Below are positions 9,633-19,370 of a DNA stretch of 64,000 bases, piece by piece. Each line of letters starts with the position of its first letter. The first letter of the stretch is position 1. Below the pieces are notes generated by a model. The model saw nothing but the letters and a program-made list of their open reading frames with translations, ran no database searches and was not told where the DNA came from. Source of the DNA: Planctomycetota bacterium (GTDB taxonomy: Bacteria; Planctomycetota; UBA1135; UBA2386); assembly GCA_965228735.1 (NCBI GenBank), contig OZ245838.1:4000001-4064000 (forward strand), given 5' to 3'. The translations under genes were made by a program, and so were the position numbers.

Positions 9633-10280
9633 TCAGGCGGCCGAATGGGCGCGCTTCTGCCTCTGCAGGCGCGCGTACAGCCGCTGCGTGCAGACGGTTT
9701 CGAGGTGAGCCAGGAAGGCCCGGTACTCGTCGAACTTGCGGGTCAGGAGGTACCGCAGGAACAAGCCGGGGATCGCGATGACGAGCCCGGTCTCGGTCGT
9801 GATGAGCGCGGCGGAGATGCCCTTGGCCACCATCGCCATCGTCTGATCGCCACCCGCACCGGTCGCGAGCGCGCCGAACGTCTGCAGCATGCCCGTCACG
9901 GTGCCGAGCAGGCCGAGCAGCGGCGCCGCCGCGACGCAGACCTTCATCACGCGCAGGTCCCGCATGAACGGCGCGAGCTCCGTCGCGCGGATCTCGGCGA
10001 ACGCGGTCGCCTGCTCCTTGACGCTCGGCGCACCGGCGACGTTGTCGAGCAGGTCGCCGATCGGCCCCTCGCGGCGTTCGGGCAGGTCGATCCACCGGCG
10101 CCACAACCCCTCGGGCACGTCGTTGTAGCGCTTGCCCGCGAGCCGCAGCTGCACGTGAAAGCCGACCGCGAACGTGATCAACGCGAGCGACGCGAGCAGC
10201 GGCATGCACCACCCGCCGTCGTTCCAGATCCGCGCGGCTTCGACCCAGAGGGTGTCGAGTTGATCGAGGACGAAGTCCAT
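9633..10280 (-). CDS. exbB: MotA/TolQ/ExbB proton channel protein
   Basis: AAPLLGLLGTVTGM and GISAALITTETGLVIAIP motifs. Confidence 0.9.
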   Translation of the reverse strand: MDFVLDQLDTLWVEAARIWNDGGWCMPLLASLALITFAVGFHVQLRLAGKRYNDVPEGLWRRWIDLPERREGPIGDLLDNVAGAPSVKEQATAFAEIRATELAPFMRDLRVMKVCVAAAPLLGLLGTVTGMLQTFGALATGAGGDQTMAMVAKGISAALITTETGLVIAIPGLFLRYLLTRKFDEYRAFLAHLETVCTQRLYARLQRQKRAHSAA

Positions 10281-10285
10281 GGCCC

Positions 10286-11896
10286 CTATGCGGTGCGGTG
10301 AGCGTCCTTGTTGGTGGCGAGCATCTCGGCCACGACCTCACGGACGCGGTCGATCGACAGCGAGTCGACATCGCTGCCGCCCTCGCCGCCGTCCGCGGGG
10401 AGGAGCCGTTCACGCCCGTCGCCGCCGTCCGGATCCTCGACGAGAAGCACGTTCTGACCCATCCGGTTCATGAACGCGACGGCGGTCTTCTCCATGCGGT
10501 CCACGATGCCCTTGGCCTTGCGCGCGAGGAACGCATGCAGCAGCAGCGACGGGATCGCGACATAGAGGCCGGTCTCCGTCGTGATGAGCGCCTCGGAGAT
10601 GCCGCTCGACAGCGCCTTGGCGTTGCCGGTGCCGAACACGGTCATGAGCGCGAACGTGTTCATGATGCCGGTCACGGTGCCGAGCAGGCCGAGCAACGGC
10701 GCCGAAGCGGCCGTGATCGCGATGAACGGCAGCATCCGCTGCAGCTTGAGGCGCGTGGACAGCGTGTGCTCGTACATCACCTCCTCGATGAGCTCCCGCG
10801 GTTCACCGAGATGCTCGACAGCGTCGCGCAGCATGTCGCCGACCGGACCCTGCACGGCGCCGGCCTCCTCGCGCGCGCCGTCCTGGTCACCGGCACTCAC
10901 GCTCGCCATGAACTCGTTGAGCCGCCGCTGCGAGGGCATGCGGACGAACATCATCGAGACCCACTTCCAGAGCGCGACCAGCAGCGCGAGGCCGGCGAGC
11001 ACGCCCATCGGATACATGACGGCGCCACCCTTCTCGAGGTGCTCGAGGTAGGTCTCGTCGAGCGCCGCGACCTGCGCGGCCTCGCCGAGGCTCGGGTCGA
11101 CCGGCAGGTCGCCGACGCCCGTCTCCACGAGGTTCTTGCCCGCGGCCTCGAGCTCCGGGGTCGGCAGCGGCGTCAACGACGGTTCGTTGCTGTCCGCGCG
11201 ATTCTCGACCGTGCCGACGTTGTTGCCGCTCTTGGAGAGGAACACCGCCGCGGGGCCGATCAGCACGAACTCGCCCTCGACGACGAGGCCCTCGGCGTTG
11301 ACCGCTTCGCCGGCGAACTTGACGCCACCGGCGGCGTCCTCGAGTCGGCTGACGGCGTCTTCCATCACCGCGACCTGCGCCGCGAGGACGTCTCGCGTCT
11401 CTAGCGAGGTGTTCTCGCGGGCCAGGCGCGCCGTTTCGAGCGCCGCGGCGTAGCGATCCTTCTCCGCGACGTGCAGGCCCGACTCGAACTTGCGGATGTA
11501 CTCACTCAGGGTGTTGCGCACGCGCTCGGCGTCGCCCTCGAGCCACTTGATCGTGTCCTCGAGGTTGGTCAGCGACAGCGCCCGCGTCTCGAGCATGCGC
11601 GACCGGTCCTGGAACTCCGCGCGCGCCGCGATGAGCTCGTTCTGCGCATCGCGCAGCTGCTGGGTCATCGGCAGCTTCTCCTGGGAGATCTGCTCGCGCA
11701 GCTGGCTCAGCGTCTTCAGCGCGGTCTCGTACTTGGCCTCGAGCGCGCGGTTGGCGTTCTCGAGCGCGCTGTTCTGCATGATCGCGGCCGCGGGATCCTG
11801 CGGCACCGCCGGCTCTTCGTTCTGCGCCCGCAGTCCGCCGGCCCCGAAGGCCGTGACTGCTAGCAGGGTGAACGTGACAAGGTTGTTCTGCATCAC
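10286..11896 (-). CDS. Large ExbB-family protein with a periplasmic coiled-coil N-terminal extension (TtpC-like)
   Basis: Signal peptide, long coiled coil, then ExbB motifs APLLGLLGTVTG and GISEALITTETGL. Confidence 0.88.
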   Translation of the reverse strand: MMQNNLVTFTLLAVTAFGAGGLRAQNEEPAVPQDPAAAIMQNSALENANRALEAKYETALKTLSQLREQISQEKLPMTQQLRDAQNELIAARAEFQDRSRMLETRALSLTNLEDTIKWLEGDAERVRNTLSEYIRKFESGLHVAEKDRYAAALETARLARENTSLETRDVLAAQVAVMEDAVSRLEDAAGGVKFAGEAVNAEGLVVEGEFVLIGPAAVFLSKSGNNVGTVENRADSNEPSLTPLPTPELEAAGKNLVETGVGDLPVDPSLGEAAQVAALDETYLEHLEKGGAVMYPMGVLAGLALLVALWKWVSMMFVRMPSQRRLNEFMASVSAGDQDGAREEAGAVQGPVGDMLRDAVEHLGEPRELIEEVMYEHTLSTRLKLQRMLPFIAITAASAPLLGLLGTVTGIMNTFALMTVFGTGNAKALSSGISEALITTETGLYVAIPSLLLHAFLARKAKGIVDRMEKTAVAFMNRMGQNVLLVEDPDGGDGRERLLPADGGEGGSDVDSLSIDRVREVVAEMLATNKDAHRTA

Positions 11897-11903
11897 ATAC
11901 TCC

Positions 11904-12737
11904 TCACTGCACGCGAACCGGCAGGCTCACGAACTTGGCGGTCTTGGACTTCTTGTAGATCTCGATCGCCTCGCGGATGGCCGGAGCGGCCTTGTCGACC
12001 GGGTTCCATACCCAACCCGTCGCGGTCGCCGCGCCGACGCCCGCGTGCTTGTCGTCGGGCGACACGAAGTAGCCCTGGCCGATGCCGATGTAGAGCGCGG
12101 TCACCTCGACCTTGCGCCCGTCGCCGAGCTCCTGCAGCTCGGGCCCGATCGTGATCAGGCGATTCCACTTGTCGACCTCCTGCAGAACGGCGGCGACGTT
12201 GCCGAACCGCGCGGCCAGGCCGATGTCCTTCGCGGTCTTCTGGGCGATGAGCTGCGAGATCGGCCGCACGTGATTCTGCAGCGGCTGCGGCAGCCGGGGC
12301 AGCAGCTTCAGCACGCGCTGCTCGATCTGGTCGATCGGCTCCTTGAACGACGTCGCCGCCGACTCGAGCTCGTCCTTGCGCTCGGTCAGCTCGTTGTTCT
12401 TGACGTCGGTCTCCGTGATGTTCTCGTCGGCCTTCTGGGTCTTCTCGCGCAGCGCCGCCGTCTCGCGCCGCGCCGTCGCGATCTGCTCCTGCAGGATCTC
12501 GCGACCGAGTTGCCAGTCCGCCTTCTCCTTCGTGATGATCGTCCAGAGTTCCCGGTGCTGCTGCAGATAGTTCCGCGCCGCCAGGATCGGGCTCGTTCGC
12601 TCGGCCGATTCCTGGGTGCCGGCCGCACCAGAGCCTTGCGCCGTCGCGACCGGAGCGAGCAACGCCACGGTCGCCGCCGCATTCAGCAGGAAGGTCGCCG
12701 CGCGACGACGGGATGCCATGAAGTGAGTGACTTGCAT
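11904..12737 (-). CDS. DUF3450-like periplasmic coiled-coil protein (TtpB-like)
   Basis: Signal peptide, coiled coil, C-terminal LYIGIGQGYFV...W...AI...FVSLPV, and position directly before the TtpC-like gene. Confidence 0.75.
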   Translation of the reverse strand: MQVTHFMASRRRAATFLLNAAATVALLAPVATAQGSGAAGTQESAERTSPILAARNYLQQHRELWTIITKEKADWQLGREILQEQIATARRETAALREKTQKADENITETDVKNNELTERKDELESAATSFKEPIDQIEQRVLKLLPRLPQPLQNHVRPISQLIAQKTAKDIGLAARFGNVAAVLQEVDKWNRLITIGPELQELGDGRKVEVTALYIGIGQGYFVSPDDKHAGVGAATATGWVWNPVDKAAPAIREAIEIYKKSKTAKFVSLPVRVQ

Positions 12738-12769
12738 TGGGGAGGGAAGGAGGGCTGTGATTCGTTCGC

Positions 12770-15721
12770 TCAGAAGCGGACTTCGCCGGCGATGCTGATG
12801 CTGAACTCCATGCCAGCGGAGCGGTTGGTCTTGGTGATGTCGGGGCCGATCGCCGCCGACCGGTAGACCTCACGCTGATCGGGATCGGTGAGGTTCTTCG
12901 CCTGGAAGCGAATCTGCGTCGTGTCGTTCAGGCGCTGCGACAGCGTGACGTTGAGGCGGTCGTTCTCGACGAGGTAGACGTCGGGGACGAAGAAGCGCGA
13001 CTCGGATACGCCCGCGCCCTCGACCAGCGTGTCGCCCTGGATCGTGTAGAACACGCCGAGCTGGGTGCCGGTGGCCGCGATGTCGTAGGTCAGGAAGAAG
13101 TTGTAGAGGAAGTCCGGCGCATTGGTCATCTTGCGCGACGTCATCGGGACGTTGACCGTCGGGCTGGCGAAGATCGCCTGATCCTCGTCCGGCAGCGTCA
13201 CGTCGGAGTCGATCACGGTCGCGTTGGCGCCGACGTCGAGGCCCTCGAGGAAGTTCACGAAGTGCCCGAGCGCCTGCCGGGTCTCGATCTCGTAGCCCTC
13301 GATCTCGCCCTTCGGGTAGTTGACCGGCGTCGTGAAGTCGAACGTCGACACGCGCTGCACGAACTCGATCGGGCCCGTGATGTCCTTGCGGAAGTACGAC
13401 GCGGAGAACAGGCCGCCTTCGTAGGGCGTCCAGTCGACGCGCAGGTCGTAGTTCTTGATGTCGCTCTGCTCGAGATCGGGGTTGCCGACGAAGATCGGGC
13501 CGCCGAGGAACTCCTGCTGCAGGATCGGCGACAGCTCCTTGAACGTCTGGCGCGCGACCGTCTCCGCGTACGACGCGCGCAGGGTCACGCCCTCGAACGG
13601 CCGCGCGATGACGGCGACCGACGGCAGCACGGCGTCCTTCTTGTACGAGACGTCGCCCTCGGAGCCCTGCAACTCGATCTGGTTGGTCGAGCCCGGCGGG
13701 AACCAGGTCGCGTCCTCCTCGGCCTCGTTCTGGATCTTGATCGACGCGTTCTCGAACCGCACGCCGGTGATCACGTTGACCTTCGGCACGATCGGGATGT
13801 CGAGCATCAGGTAGCTCGCCGCGAGCCGCTGGCTGCCGTTGTAGTCGATGTCGGTCTCGGCGGCCTGGACCGGGTGGTTCTCGAACGGGAACGTGAGGCT
13901 CCACGGCACCTCCCACGGCCCGTTGAAGATCTCGTTGTCCTCGAAGTTGGAGAACGTGTCCTGATCGAAGCGGCGCGTCGTCTCGTCGTAGAACGCGCCG
14001 ACCTTGAGGAAGCCGCGCTGCTCGTTCCACAGCTCGAACGGCAGCTTCACGGCCAGCTGGCCCTGCTCGCTCTCCTCGGAGATCGCTTTGTAGATGCGCT
14101 GCAGGGAGCCGAGCGTGAAGTTGGCCGCCGGCTTGAACGGACCGTAGCGCGGCTCGGTGATCACGATCTCGCCGATCTTGATGCCCGGCACCCACTGCGA
14201 ACCGAACAGGCGCTTGTCGGGCTCCCGCGAGCCGGCCTCGCTCTTGGCGAGCGTCCAGTTGATCTCCGGCGCGAACGCCGAACGGGTGTCGAACTGGTGG
14301 CGTCCGGCGAGCTGCATCGTCTCCGTCGCCCGCTCGATGTAGTTGAGCGTCTGCAGTCGCAGGTAGGGCGCCGCGGCCGACTCCTGGAAGCCGTTCGACT
14401 GGAAGTTCGTCGGATCGTAGCCCGGGAAGAAGTACTGCTTGCCGCGCGTATCCTCCGCGAGCGTCGCCGTGTCCTCCGCGGACTGCGTCTGCAGGAACGC
14501 GAAGGTCAGGGAGTGGTTGTCCGTCGCGATGCCGGCGGTGGCCAGGACACCCCATTGCACCGACTGCGAGCCCTGCTGGACATCGAACAGGGCCGTCGTG
14601 AAGTCGCCCTCGTCGCCGGCGAACTGCGGGGTCAGCGGCTCGCCGGGGGTGCCGCGCCAGTACGAGTCGTCGACGCCGTCGCTGAAGTACGAGCTGTCAC
14701 GTTCGTAGAACACGCTGACCTGGCCGCCGGCGCGCACCCCGCTGCCGACCTCGAAGCTGCCACCCATGCGGTAGTTCATCTTGAAGTCGGTCGGCGCGTT
14801 GTCGCGCGTCACGCCGACGGCGCCAGTCCAGTTGTCGTCGATGTTGTCGAACTGGATGGCGCGGTCGCCGGCGTCGCTCGCGTTCCAGCGGACGCCGCCG
14901 CCGTCGTACGAGAGGAAGTCGCTGCGCCCCGTCACCTGCGTGTTGTGGGACAGCTGGCCGCTACCGCGGAAGAAGAACGTGTCCTCGGGCACGCCGTTGA
15001 GCACGACGTTGACCGCACCGCCCGACGCGTCGCCCTGCTGATCGGGCGTGAACGTCTTGGTGACCTGCAGGCTCTCGATGACCTGCCGCGGGAACTGGTC
15101 GAGCTCGACCGCGCGCTTGTTCTCGTCGGCGGACGGCACGCGGACGCCGTTGATCTGCGAGCTGACGTAGCGATCGGGCAGGCCGCGGATGACCGCGGTC
15201 TTGCCGTTCTGCACGGACGCGCCGGCGATGAGCCGCAGCGCACCCGCCGCGTCGCTGACCCCGCCCTTGCTCATCAGGTCGGACCCGACCGAGTCCATCA
15301 CGGCCGGACTCTCGAAGCGCAGCTGCAGGAGGTCCGCCTCCGTGCTGCCACCGAGCTGGAGGACGTCCTCGACGACGTATTCCTCCATGTCGGTGAAGTC
15401 GCCGGCCATCGTGACGTTGACGTCCGTGAGCCGACCCGCCGCGACGACGACGTCGGGCTTGATGACCCGCACGTAGCCGGCCTTGGCGAAGACCAGCGTG
15501 TAGGTGCCGGGCGGCAGGCTGGGCAGCGAGTAGTTGCCCTGCTCGCCCGTCGTGGTCTTGTCGGCGCGACCGACCACGGTGACCTCGACGCCGGGCAACG
15601 GCTGGCTGAAGTCGCCGTCGTTGACGACGCCGGTGATCGTGCCGACCTGCTGGGCGGCCACGCTGCCGCACACGGCCATGACCGCCGAGGCGAGGACGAG
15701 TCTGGTCGAAGCGTGCTTCAC
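12770..15721 (-). CDS. TonB-dependent receptor with an N-terminal carboxypeptidase-regulatory-like domain
   Basis: GTG start (VKHAST...AAQ signal peptide), GTITGVVND domain, plug motifs IRGLPDRY and KTFTPD...GGAVNV, beta-barrel ending in F. Confidence 0.92.
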   Translation of the reverse strand: MKHASTRLVLASAVMAVCGSVAAQQVGTITGVVNDGDFSQPLPGVEVTVVGRADKTTTGEQGNYSLPSLPPGTYTLVFAKAGYVRVIKPDVVVAAGRLTDVNVTMAGDFTDMEEYVVEDVLQLGGSTEADLLQLRFESPAVMDSVGSDLMSKGGVSDAAGALRLIAGASVQNGKTAVIRGLPDRYVSSQINGVRVPSADENKRAVELDQFPRQVIESLQVTKTFTPDQQGDASGGAVNVVLNGVPEDTFFFRGSGQLSHNTQVTGRSDFLSYDGGGVRWNASDAGDRAIQFDNIDDNWTGAVGVTRDNAPTDFKMNYRMGGSFEVGSGVRAGGQVSVFYERDSSYFSDGVDDSYWRGTPGEPLTPQFAGDEGDFTTALFDVQQGSQSVQWGVLATAGIATDNHSLTFAFLQTQSAEDTATLAEDTRGKQYFFPGYDPTNFQSNGFQESAAAPYLRLQTLNYIERATETMQLAGRHQFDTRSAFAPEINWTLAKSEAGSREPDKRLFGSQWVPGIKIGEIVITEPRYGPFKPAANFTLGSLQRIYKAISEESEQGQLAVKLPFELWNEQRGFLKVGAFYDETTRRFDQDTFSNFEDNEIFNGPWEVPWSLTFPFENHPVQAAETDIDYNGSQRLAASYLMLDIPIVPKVNVITGVRFENASIKIQNEAEEDATWFPPGSTNQIELQGSEGDVSYKKDAVLPSVAVIARPFEGVTLRASYAETVARQTFKELSPILQQEFLGGPIFVGNPDLEQSDIKNYDLRVDWTPYEGGLFSASYFRKDITGPIEFVQRVSTFDFTTPVNYPKGEIEGYEIETRQALGHFVNFLEGLDVGANATVIDSDVTLPDEDQAIFASPTVNVPMTSRKMTNAPDFLYNFFLTYDIAATGTQLGVFYTIQGDTLVEGAGVSESRFFVPDVYLVENDRLNVTLSQRLNDTTQIRFQAKNLTDPDQREVYRSAAIGPDITKTNRSAGMEFSISIAGEVRF

Positions 15722-15735
15722 GTCGCGGTCGCCGG

Positions 15736-16977
15736 CTACCAGGGGGCCTTGAGGCCAGCTCGCAGCGCCTGCAGCTGGTCCCGCATGACGCGCGGCGGCT
15801 CGAAGCCGGCATCGACCATCGAGCACACGATCAGGACGAGGTCCTGGAGCCGCGGCCGAGCGTTGGGATTGAGCGCCGCGTTCTCGATCGCGCGCCGGTA
15901 GGTCGCGACCGCGGCCGGCTCGGAGCCGCACGCGAGATAGGCCGCGGCCACCGGGGCGAGCCCGTCGGCCCGGAACATGTTGAGGATCTCGTCCTCGTGC
16001 TGCTCGTAGAACGCGATCGTCTCGTTGAGTTCGTCGATCGCCTCGCCGGCGGCGCCGGCCTCGTAGAACGTGCGAGCAACCCGCGCGCGCACCTCCATGA
16101 GGTCCTCCTTGTGCATTCGGAACGTCGCGAGACGCTCGCGCATCGCGCGGGCCCGACGCTGCGCCTCCGCCTGGTCGCCCTGACTAGCAGCCACGCCGGC
16201 GATGCGGGCCTCGAGCTCGATCGCTGCCATGGCGGGCATGTTCTTCGTCGCGCGCGCGACCCGGTCGAGCACGCGCTCTCGACGCGATGGATCGCCGTAG
16301 TAGCGCTCGAGCAGCACCAGACCGATCTCGGTGAGGTTCATCGCCTCCTGCATGCCGCCCGCCCGGAGCGCGCCATCCATGGCTTGCAGCTGGGCTTCGA
16401 AGGCCGTGTCGTCGAGCGTCCCCGCGACCTCGGTCTCGAACTCGGTCGTCTGGCCGGACTGAACGAGCCGCGCCATGTCGACCGCGTCATCGAGGCGCCC
16501 GAGGCGCTTGTAGGCGACGGCGATCCGCGAGCGAATGCGGTCGCTCTGCCACGGTTGTCCGGCCTCCGCGTTCTGCTGGGCCACGGCAGCTCGCGCGGCC
16601 CGATCGCAGAGCGCGGCCGCGAGCTCCTCGTTCTCCTGTTCCGCTGCGACCTGCGCGAGCTCGGCCTGGACGACGCCACGGCGCCAGTCCGTGATCTTCT
16701 CCGCGTAGGCGAGAGCCAGGTCGAACTGGCCGTGAGCGATGCAGCAGAGGGCGACCTGCTCCTGGAGCATGCAGCGGTCGACGGCGTGCGGACGCAACGG
16801 CATCAGGACCGTCGCATCGAACGCGAACTCGAGCAGCTCGCGCTGCGCCGGCGGGATCACGCGCGTCGTCAACACGTCGGACGCCGCGTCCGACACTGCT
16901 GGGGCGGCGGCATCGACCTGCGCCGGCACGCCGGCAACGAGCAACGCGGCAACGAAGAGAGATCTGGTAGCGGTCAT
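15736..16977 (-). CDS. Exported alpha-helical (TPR-like) hypothetical protein
   Basis: Signal peptide MTATRSLFVAALLVAGVPAQ, helical repeat character, and position inside the operon. Confidence 0.65.
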   Translation of the reverse strand: MTATRSLFVAALLVAGVPAQVDAAAPAVSDAASDVLTTRVIPPAQRELLEFAFDATVLMPLRPHAVDRCMLQEQVALCCIAHGQFDLALAYAEKITDWRRGVVQAELAQVAAEQENEELAAALCDRAARAAVAQQNAEAGQPWQSDRIRSRIAVAYKRLGRLDDAVDMARLVQSGQTTEFETEVAGTLDDTAFEAQLQAMDGALRAGGMQEAMNLTEIGLVLLERYYGDPSRRERVLDRVARATKNMPAMAAIELEARIAGVAASQGDQAEAQRRARAMRERLATFRMHKEDLMEVRARVARTFYEAGAAGEAIDELNETIAFYEQHEDEILNMFRADGLAPVAAAYLACGSEPAAVATYRRAIENAALNPNARPRLQDLVLIVCSMVDAGFEPPRVMRDQLQALRAGLKAPW

Positions 16978-17020
16978 CGCTGTCGAACCGGGCACCCGTC
17001 GAGCGCCCGCCAAACTCCAG

Positions 17021-17081
17021 CGGGAGACCACGCTGCAAAGAGCGCGGTCTCCCGGCAAATGCCCGGTCCGAAGGACCGAGC
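17021..17081 (-). terminator. Tandem stem-loops downstream of the secreted-protein gene
   Basis: Inverted arms 17021-17034/17041-17054 and 17061-17069/17073-17081. The mismatches become G-U pairs on the minus strand. Confidence 0.55.
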
Positions 17082-17107
17082 GTCGTGACAATCGTTGGTA
17101 TCGATTC

Positions 17108-19012
17108 TCAGTTGAGGGTGAACTGCACGCCGTTCGAGCCCGAGGCCTGGAAGGCGCTCGCGCCGGCGGCGTCGCTGAAGAGGAACTGCCCGGTCAGCTG
17201 CAGACCCGGCAGGACGCCCGTGGGCAGGTTGAGGTTGAGGGCGGCGTTGCCCGACGCGTCCGAGAACGTGACGAGCGACTGCAGGCCGAGGCTGCGCGGG
17301 GCGATCGTCAGACCACCGCCGACGGGCAGACCGTTGGCCGCCGGGCCGACGTTGAAGACGAGGACCGAGAGCGTCGATGCCGCCGCGTTCGAGGCGGAGA
17401 ACGTCGTCGCGCCCGTGCTCGTGTTGTAGGAGCCGGCGAGGACCGGGTTGCCGTTCACGCCGGAGGTCGAGCCGCCGACGTCCGTGAGGTCGGTCTTCGC
17501 GAGAACGCCGTACTCGGCGAGCGCGGTCCAGTTGGCCCAGCTGACGCCCGGGGCGAACGCACCGCGGAAGTTGTGGCCCGTGTCCGAGACGCCGTTCGGC
17601 GTCAGGGCGTCGCCCTGCGGCTGCGCGTTGAGCGCGTCGACGCGGGTGATCGGACCCGTGGTCGTCGTGATCTCGCTGCCGTGCGTGACCGCCGTGATCG
17701 GCGACGAGGCGGCGCTCGTGACGTTGCTGGCGCCGAGGCCGAGGCTGTTGAAGACCGTGTAGGCGTCGGTCGCGGTGGCGTTGAAGACCGCGCAGTCGGT
17801 CATCTCGCAGACCGTGCCGCTCGGATCCTGAGCCGTGTAGAGGTCCTGCGGGCGGTTGCCCGTGAGGCCGGCAGCGCCGGTACCGGGGCCGTCGACACCG
17901 GCGTTGACGGACGGCAGCGTGGCTGCGCTGATCGACCAGATGGCCGGCCAGTCCGGCGTGCCGTTGTGGCCGTAGCCCGCGCCACCGTCACCGTCGACGT
18001 TGTCGAACGAGATGACGCGCTGGCCGACGTCGACGAACAGGCAGTTGCGGTACTGAACGCCGGCGCCGTCGCGCCACGCCGTGGCGTGGTCCGAACCCGA
18101 GCCCGGGATGACGATGCCCGAGATCACCTTCTGCGGCGCGCCGATGACGGTCGCGTTGGTGATCTTGGCGCGCGTGCGCGGCTGGTAGTCCGACTGCTCG
18201 GCTCCGTCGACCTCGAACGCGTTGTCGCCGTGACCGGAGCCCTGCTTCGCGTTGGTGCTGTAGCCCTGAACGATGCAGATCTGGTCGGCAGTGCCGCGCC
18301 AGCCCTGGTCGACGTCGAAGCTGTCGTCACCGACGTGGCTGATGAGCGCCTTCTTGATCGAGACGGTGCCGCCCCAGATCTCGATGCCGTCGTCGACGTT
18401 GTTGTAGATCTCGACGTTGTTGATCGTCGTGTTGCGGCCGATGCCACCGAGCGACAGACCGTTGAGCTCGTTGGTCAGCGCGATCACGCGGCCGCCGAAC
18501 CGGAACGAGCAGTAGCTGATCGTGCCGCTGTTGTCGTTGTCGTTGCCGCCACCGTAGGTGTCGGTGCTCGGGCCGTTCTGCAGACCCTCCATGACGGCGA
18601 AGTTCGCCGCGGCCGGGAAGGCCGAGTTGGTGGCGCCCGAAACCATGTCCTCGGAGATGTAGGCGTCACCCATGACGGTGAGGTTGCCCCACTCGTTGGC
18701 GCCGATGCGCTGCGTGCCGTTGTCGTTCGTCGACGTGAAGACGATCGGCGCGCCGGCGTGCCCCTTGGCCTCGATCTTCGAGCCGCGGGTGACGGCGAGC
18801 GAACCACCGACGCCGGCCGTGCTCTCGATGCGGGTACCCGCCTGAATCGTGAGCGTCGCACCGTTGGTGACGTAGATCTGCTGCTGCAGGCTGTAGACGT
18901 TGTTCGCCGTCCAGGTCGTGGACGTCGTGATGTTCTGGGTGACCAGAACCTGAGCGCTGGCGCTGGCAGCGAAGGCGAGCGCACCGGCGAAGGCGAAGAA
19001 GTTGGTGTTCAT
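17108..19012 (-). CDS. Large secreted beta-helix-like protein of the TBDT-associated 'DDGxExxGG' family with a C-terminal beta domain
   Basis: Signal peptide ending ASA-Q. Motifs DNSGTISY, NELNGLSLGGIG, NNVDDGIEIWGGTV, GDDSFDVDQGWRG. Confidence 0.8.
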   Translation of the reverse strand: MNTNFFAFAGALAFAASASAQVLVTQNITTSTTWTANNVYSLQQQIYVTNGATLTIQAGTRIESTAGVGGSLAVTRGSKIEAKGHAGAPIVFTSTNDNGTQRIGANEWGNLTVMGDAYISEDMVSGATNSAFPAAANFAVMEGLQNGPSTDTYGGGNDNDNSGTISYCSFRFGGRVIALTNELNGLSLGGIGRNTTINNVEIYNNVDDGIEIWGGTVSIKKALISHVGDDSFDVDQGWRGTADQICIVQGYSTNAKQGSGHGDNAFEVDGAEQSDYQPRTRAKITNATVIGAPQKVISGIVIPGSGSDHATAWRDGAGVQYRNCLFVDVGQRVISFDNVDGDGGAGYGHNGTPDWPAIWSISAATLPSVNAGVDGPGTGAAGLTGNRPQDLYTAQDPSGTVCEMTDCAVFNATATDAYTVFNSLGLGASNVTSAASSPITAVTHGSEITTTTGPITRVDALNAQPQGDALTPNGVSDTGHNFRGAFAPGVSWANWTALAEYGVLAKTDLTDVGGSTSGVNGNPVLAGSYNTSTGATTFSASNAAASTLSVLVFNVGPAANGLPVGGGLTIAPRSLGLQSLVTFSDASGNAALNLNLPTGVLPGLQLTGQFLFSDAAGASAFQASGSNGVQFTLN

Positions 19013-19104
19013 TGCAGTGATGTCCCTGATTGGTGGGAGGGTTCTCGAGCAGTCGTTGGCGGGCGTTGTGCGACCCGCGATCGAGAGTCACCGTAGGAAC
19101 GTTT

Positions 19105-19200
19105 GTTGAGGCGCCGTGAAGACCCCGTCAGGAGTGCGCGACGAACAACCTGCAGACCCCGATGAGGGGCCTGTCAACGTTGCGTTAAGGCATCGCGAAG
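19105..19200 (-). promoter_or_regulatory. Candidate OmpR/PhoB-type direct repeats (11-bp period)
   Basis: Minus-strand hexamers CTCAAC/CTTCAC/CCTGAC at 19105/19116/19127 and CCTCAT/GTTGAC/CTTAAC/CTTCGC at 19162/19173/19184/19195. Confidence 0.3.
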
Positions 19201-19370
19201 ACGACGCGCGGGATCGCATTGCGCAGCGCCGAGCGACGCCTCCTACCCGCCCGAGGCAACGGCAATCGGCGCCGCACCCCGGCCGCTCACGAGCAACCCA
19301 CCGCCCGACGCCGATGGCCGTGTGAAGTCCGCGTGTAGATCACGCGGCGCCGAACACCCCCGCCGACCCG

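Noticed and set aside
13262..19096. Very long plus-strand ORFs (13262-15901, 16739-19096; likewise 29605-32190, 31746-34253, 42136-44877, 50191-52818)
   Set aside because: Antisense shadows of well-supported genes in high-GC DNA, with no motifs. Only the last 96 codons of 42136-44877 look like a real gene.
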